Source: a virus
Reading direction: 5' to 3' (one strand)
Virus record (IMG/VR): IMGVR_UViG_3300045988_062603
DNA length: 36,868 bases
This document shows, piece by piece, positions 32,606-36,868 of this stretch. The translations under genes and the position numbers were made by a program. The first letter of the stretch is position 1; every line of letters begins with the position of its first letter. A model generated the notes under the pieces. It had not been told where the DNA came from. It saw only the letters and a list, made by a program, of their open reading frames with translations, and searched no databases.

Positions 32606-33199
32606 ATGATCACCGAAAGCGTCAAAACCATTCTGGGCGAAGACCTGTCGAACCAGGTTGAAGTGGCCTTGAAGGGCAAGGGCAAGGACGGAAAGGACGT
32701 GGACCTGGTCGTCGGGAACGACGGAACCTTCGTCCCGGCCGAGAAGTACAACGGAGCCAACAGCGGCAAGAACAGCGCGGAAAACGCCCTGAAAGCGGCC
32801 GCCGAAGCCTTGAAGGTGATCGGCGGGTCTGGCGACCCGGCAAAGATCGCCGACGACGTCAAGACCGCCCAGGCCACGATCGAAACCCTTCGGACCGACC
32901 ACCAGAAAGAGATCGCGCGAATCCAGAAGAACACGGCCCTTCGAATGGCCCTGGCCGACAAGGCCCACGACCCGGCCGACATTATTTCCCTTCTGGACCT
33001 TGACAAGATCGAGGTCGACGACGCCGGCGCGCTGAAAACGGACCTGGAAAGCCTTCTGAAACCCTTGAAGGAGTCGAAGGCGTACCTGTTCAAGACCCAG
33101 GAACCGGCGAAGAACCCCGACATCAAGGGCGCGAAGCCCGCTGACCCCGGCGCGCGCCAGGACCCGGCCACGAAGGCCGACGGCCCTGTCGTGATTTAA
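32606..33199 (+). CDS. Head scaffolding protein (GP20-like)
   Basis: 197-aa helical protein rich in Ala, Lys and Asp. Lies between the minor head and capsid genes. Confidence 0.7.
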   Translation: MITESVKTILGEDLSNQVEVALKGKGKDGKDVDLVVGNDGTFVPAEKYNGANSGKNSAENALKAAAEALKVIGGSGDPAKIADDVKTAQATIETLRTDHQKEIARIQKNTALRMALADKAHDPADIISLLDLDKIEVDDAGALKTDLESLLKPLKESKAYLFKTQEPAKNPDIKGAKPADPGARQDPATKADGPVVI

Positions 33200-33237
33200 C
33201 AAACCTGTCAACAGACAAACGAAAGGAATGATTTTCA

Positions 33238-34131
33238 ATGGCACGAACCAAAGCTATCAGCCTGATCCAGAGCGGCGCGACGAAGGTCGACCTGGCCGAA
33301 CTGTCCGGCCTTGTGATCGCCAATATCCAGAAGGAAACCCTGTCTTCCGGCTTGAAGTCCCAGTCCTACACCGGCAACCCGGCGACCGGGTCTGTGGAGT
33401 TTAAGCGGTTCAAGAACAGCGCGTCCCAGGCATACGGAACCGCCAGAGCCGCAAACAAGGGAACCGCGATCACTGTTCCCCCGACCACCGTCAACCTGGA
33501 CACCCACCGCGAGATCGTCGAGGAAGCCGCGAAGTTCGACCTGGACACCTTCGGCGTCGGTAACATCATGGCCCGCCGCGCCGACAACCACGTCGACACC
33601 GTGGCGGCCGAACTGGACGCCGCCTTCTTCCTGTGCGCGGCAAATGAGGGAACCGACTTCACCACCACCGAAACCGACATCGAAGCCCAGGTCGAAGCCC
33701 TGATCCAGACCCTTGAAACCGTGAAGAACGACTACGTTCGCGGCGTCCCCCGGAACCTGATCCGCCTGGTCCTGGACCCTGTCTTCTACGGCAAGATCAG
33801 AACCTACCTGGACAAGAACACCAACAACGCCAACGTGGACACCGCCGCCGAGGACTTCGCCCTGTTCCACGGCGTCCGGGTCTATTCTTCCATCAACCTT
33901 CCCGTGACCACCGAAACCGTAGAAACCACCAAGACCAAGACCACGACCTACCACATGATCGCTATGATCGAAGGCGCGGTCGCACAGCCGGCGGTTATCT
34001 ACCCCTACGGGGAGCCGGAGAAGATTCCCCTGTCCAACGACTACGGCGTGTCTATGTTCTTCGACTATGGCACGAAGGCCCTGACCCCCGACCTGATCTT
34101 CACCTACTCCACCAGCGTTACTTCCGAGTAA
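33238..34131 (+). CDS. Major capsid protein (XkdG / YqbE-like)
   Basis: 297 aa directly after the scaffold gene, with a strong RBS gaaagga. Call rests on position and size. Confidence 0.75.
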   Translation: MARTKAISLIQSGATKVDLAELSGLVIANIQKETLSSGLKSQSYTGNPATGSVEFKRFKNSASQAYGTARAANKGTAITVPPTTVNLDTHREIVEEAAKFDLDTFGVGNIMARRADNHVDTVAAELDAAFFLCAANEGTDFTTTETDIEAQVEALIQTLETVKNDYVRGVPRNLIRLVLDPVFYGKIRTYLDKNTNNANVDTAAEDFALFHGVRVYSSINLPVTTETVETTKTKTTTYHMIAMIEGAVAQPAVIYPYGEPEKIPLSNDYGVSMFFDYGTKALTPDLIFTYSTSVTSE

Positions 34132-34166
34132 TCGGAAGGGCGCGCCCGTGAAAGGAGCGAATCACA

Positions 34167-34418
34167 GTGAAGTTTATCAACAAACGAACCGGCGTGATCC
34201 TGGAACCCCGAAGCCGCATGGTCGAAGACCAGCTTCGCAAAAGCGCGGAGTATGCCCCCTATGAGCCGCAGAAGGCCGCAGACGAGGGCAAAAAGCCGCT
34301 GGCGAAGATGAACAAGGCCGAACTTCTGGAAACCGCCCAGGCGGCCGGAATCGCGGTCCCTGACGACGCCACGAAGGCCCAGATCGTCGAACTGATCCAG
34401 GCGAAGGGCGCGGAGTAA
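34167..34418 (+). CDS. Small protein with a Rho-N / SAP-like motif (YqbF-like)
   Basis: MNKAELLETAQAAGIAVPDDATKAQIVELI matches the Rho N-terminal / SAP helix-extended-helix motif. Confidence 0.55.
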   Translation: MKFINKRTGVILEPRSRMVEDQLRKSAEYAPYEPQKAADEGKKPLAKMNKAELLETAQAAGIAVPDDATKAQIVELIQAKGAE

Positions 34419-34446
34419 TCCAGGGCCGCCGAAAGGTGGTGGAAAC

Positions 34447-34896
34447 GTGCTTCAACAGATTCTTTCTTCCCTGGACGGCCTGACCGACCTTGAACAGAAG
34501 GAAGTCCTTCGCGTCCTTATGTCGAAGGACGGCCGACTGGAAAAGGTCAAGGCCCTTCTGGGGATCAGCGGAACAGACCAGGACGAAGTTCTTCTGTTCG
34601 TCATTCAGACGGTCGAAGACCTGGTCCTGGCCTATATCAACCAGGACACGCTTCCCGCCCCGCTGGAAAATGCCCTGATCGTCATGTGCGTCAGTTACTA
34701 CAAGGCCGCCGGCCTGGGGACCACCCAGGCGGCCGTCGGTCCGGTCGCGTCCGTGAAGCGCGGGGACGTCACAACGTCCTTCGCCAATGCTTCCGGCGCT
34801 TCCGGATCGGCGTCGACCTTCAACCTGGGCGCAGAAGGCGACGACTTCTTCGGCTGGCGAACGGTCCTGAATGAGTTCCGGCGGTTAAGGTGGTGA
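34447..34896 (+). CDS. Head-tail connector (gp6-like / YqbG-like)
   Basis: GTG start. VLLFVIQTVEDLVLAYINQDTLPAPLENALIVMCVSYYKA resembles head-tail connector proteins. Synteny agrees. Confidence 0.6.
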   Translation: MLQQILSSLDGLTDLEQKEVLRVLMSKDGRLEKVKALLGISGTDQDEVLLFVIQTVEDLVLAYINQDTLPAPLENALIVMCVSYYKAAGLGTTQAAVGPVASVKRGDVTTSFANASGASGSASTFNLGAEGDDFFGWRTVLNEFRRLRW

Positions 34897-34900
34897 TCGT

Positions 34901-35287
34901 ATGTTCGGAAATCCCGCCGCAGAGCGCGCGGCGATCGAAATGACCTACGAAGACACCGCCACGATCAGCCGGACCGAAACCACGACGGGGTCGAACAACA
35001 TCACGAAGACCGTTCCTGTCGTGAAGTATTCTGAAATCATTTGCGCGCTGTCGTATTCAGGAAGCAACAAGAGTCAGCAGACGGACGCACAGAACGAAAT
35101 CGACTATGACGCCGTTCTGTTCACCGCCCCCGACCTTCTGGTCCTTCCTGGCGACAGTGTTTCCCTGAAACGCTTCGGCCGAATGGACCCGACCAGTCAG
35201 CGCGTCCTGACCTTCCAGGTCGTCGGTCGCCCGGCCGTCTATGCTACCCACCAGGAAATCCGCGTGAAGGACGGTGATCTGGCGTGA
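34901..35287 (+). CDS. Head closure / head-tail adaptor protein (SPP1 gp16-like)
   Basis: 128 aa. Call rests on position and size, plus an N-terminal beta-rich pattern. Confidence 0.55.
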   Translation: MFGNPAAERAAIEMTYEDTATISRTETTTGSNNITKTVPVVKYSEIICALSYSGSNKSQQTDAQNEIDYDAVLFTAPDLLVLPGDSVSLKRFGRMDPTSQRVLTFQVVGRPAVYATHQEIRVKDGDLA

Positions 35288-35721
35288 CCCTGAATAACTT
35301 CATCGAAGCGATCGCGGGGAAGCTGACCGCCGTGTGGCCTGACCGGAAGGTCTACGTCGACGAAATCCCGAAGGACGCCGACGGCCAGTTCTTCGTCGGG
35401 ATCATTGAATCGGAGCAGGAAAAGCACCTGGACCGCCGCTGGAAGCGGTCGATCCAGTTCGAAGTCCTGTACTTCCTGAACACGAAGGAAAACATGGAGT
35501 TCAACGCCTGGGCGGAAACCATGTTCGACCAGTTCGACGTCCTGACCGTAAAGGAAACCGACCAGAAGGACCGGACGGTCCGGCTGACCGGCCAGAAGGC
35601 GACGCCGAACAAGAACGCCCGCGTCTTCCAGTTCACCTTCGACGCCGACTTCTTCTTCGTCGTGACCCCGCCGGAAATCCCCTTCATGGAAAACCTGGAC
35701 CAAACAGAGGAAGTGAAGTAA
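35284..35721 (+). CDS. Neck / tail-completion protein (YqbJ-like)
   Basis: 145 aa. GTG start overlaps the upstream stop. Lies in the slot before the sheath gene. Confidence 0.5.
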   Translation: MTLNNFIEAIAGKLTAVWPDRKVYVDEIPKDADGQFFVGIIESEQEKHLDRRWKRSIQFEVLYFLNTKENMEFNAWAETMFDQFDVLTVKETDQKDRTVRLTGQKATPNKNARVFQFTFDADFFFVVTPPEIPFMENLDQTEEVK

Positions 35722-35930
35722 TGGCAACAGCAAAGAAAGCGGCCCCCGCCGCAAAGAAGGCCGGCGTCGCAGACCAGGCGGCCCCGACCTACACGAAGGA
35801 ACAACTGGTCAAAGCGAAGACCCTGAACCTTCCCAGGGACGCCGTCGCGGCCGTCCTGGAAGACGGGAAGGTCTACACGAAGGACCAGGCCGTCAGCCTG
35901 GTCACTGATTTTCTGGAAAGGAAGGTGTAA
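35721..35930 (+). CDS. Hypothetical small protein preceding the sheath gene
   Basis: 69 aa. TAATG overlap with the upstream gene. Confidence 0.5.
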   Translation: MATAKKAAPAAKKAGVADQAAPTYTKEQLVKAKTLNLPRDAVAAVLEDGKVYTKDQAVSLVTDFLERKV

Positions 35931-35933
35931 GTC

Positions 35934-36868
35934 ATGCCTATCGGTGGCGGAACTTTTACCACACAGAACAAGATCCTTCCCGGCGCGTATATCAACTTCG
36001 TCAGCCTGGGAAGCGTCGTCAAAATGGGGACGCGCGGGATCGCGGCCCTTCCCCTGGAACTGAACTGGGGACCTGAAAACAAGGTCTTTTCCATCTACGC
36101 CGAGGACTTCAACAAGACCGCCCTGACCGTATTCGGCTATGATCCCACGGCGGCCGACATTCTTCTGGTCCGCGAAGCCTTGAAACGCGCCAGGACCCTT
36201 CTGATCTACCGCGTCAATTCCGGCGGCACGAAGGCGACCGCGACCGTGGGCGGAATGACCGTCACGGCCGCCTATGGCGGAACGCGCGGGAGCGCGATCA
36301 GCGTCGCGATCCTGACCAACGCCGACGACGCGACGAACGTCGACGTCGTGACCTACCTTGACGGAATGGTCGTGGACACCCAGACCGTCGCGAAGACCAG
36401 CGGGTCGGCCAACCTGAAAGCGAACGACTTCGTCACCTTCGGGAGCGCGGCGAGCCTGGAAGCGGCCGTCGCGACCACCCTGACCGGCGGCACGAACGGA
36501 ACCGTCAACGGCGCGGCCCACACGGCGGCCCTGAACGGCTTCGAAGTGGAGTCCTTCAACGTGATCGGCTATCCCGGCGACGACGACACGATCAAGGCCC
36601 TGTATTCGACCTTCGTGAAGCGCCTTCGCGACGACGAAGGGAAGAAGATCGTCGGCGTCCTGTACGACTACAAGGGGAACAACATCGGCCTGATCAACGT
36701 GAAGAACGGCGTCGTCCTGACCGACGGGACCACCGTCACCGGCGACAAAGCCGTCGCGTGGGTGGCTGGCGCTTCCGCCGGCGCGGAGATCAACGAAAGC
36801 CTGACGAATACCGCCTACGACGACGCCGTGGACGTGGACATCAAATATACGAAGTCCCAGTTCGAAGC
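35934..36868 (+). CDS. Phage tail sheath protein, N-terminal part; runs off the window end and continues at 56
   Basis: ATG 35934. MPIGGGTFTTQNKILPGAYINFVS is a classic sheath N-terminus. There is no stop before the window end. Joined with 56-455 the protein is about 444 aa. Confidence 0.9.
   Translation, partial: MPIGGGTFTTQNKILPGAYINFVSLGSVVKMGTRGIAALPLELNWGPENKVFSIYAEDFNKTALTVFGYDPTAADILLVREALKRARTLLIYRVNSGGTKATATVGGMTVTAAYGGTRGSAISVAILTNADDATNVDVVTYLDGMVVDTQTVAKTSGSANLKANDFVTFGSAASLEAAVATTLTGGTNGTVNGAAHTAALNGFEVESFNVIGYPGDDDTIKALYSTFVKRLRDDEGKKIVGVLYDYKGNNIGLINVKNGVVLTDGTTVTGDKAVAWVAGASAGAEINESLTNTAYDDAVDVDIKYTKSQFE
36814..36868. repeat. Terminal direct repeat, right copy (identical to 1-55)
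   Basis: Exact 55-nt identity with the start of the window. Confidence 0.95.

Noticed and set aside
1-36868. CRISPR arrays, tRNA or rRNA genes, and tyrosine or serine integrases
   Set aside because: No spaced direct-repeat arrays, cloverleaf-like segments or rRNA-like regions were noticed, and no ORF shows integrase signatures. This absence is judged by eye only and should be confirmed with tRNAscan-SE, Infernal and HMM tools.

Overview
The window is a complete, circularly closed tailed-phage genome. The first 55 nt are identical to the last 55 nt, which leaves 36,813 bp of unique sequence. The DNA is GC-rich with a strong GC3 bias and Firmicutes-style AGGAGG-like ribosome-binding sites. All convincing genes lie on the + strand except one. 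Modules in order:

- **Contractile tail and baseplate, PBSX/skin-like (1-8217):** sheath, tube, a chaperone with a -1 frameshift, tape measure, LysM protein, XkdQ/R/S/T/U-like baseplate proteins and a fibre.
- **Diversity-generating retroelement, DGR (8434-11976):** avd, a 101-nt template repeat (TR), a reverse transcriptase (RT), and a large target protein carrying variable repeat VR1.
- **CBM5/12-like protein and lysis cassette (11995-14302).**
- **Displaced HK97-gp10-like gene (14336-14827).**
- **Immunity-like region (14865-17689):** one minus-strand membrane protein, two monocistronic XRE regulators, an intact IS30-family DDE transposase and a stand-alone IS30-type HTH protein. No tyrosine or serine integrase is visible anywhere.
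- **Early, replication and recombination module (17686-27941):** PAPS-reductase-like protein, sigma region-2-like protein, Gp157, Rad52-like annealase, replisome organizer, DnaC-like loader, RusA, MT-A70 methylase, MazG, 3D-domain protein, MazF-like protein, SSB and a sigma region-4-like late regulator.
- **Packaging and head module (28170-35930), then the 5' part of the sheath gene, which runs through the circular junction.**

The most notable signal is the DGR. Its TR matches two variable repeats with substitutions only at TR adenines. VR1 sits in the adjacent tail-region protein. VR2 sits about 14.5 kb away in a small non-structural protein embedded in the early replication operon.

All functional calls come from reading the supplied translations and the DNA by eye and from memory of protein families. 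No database search was run.
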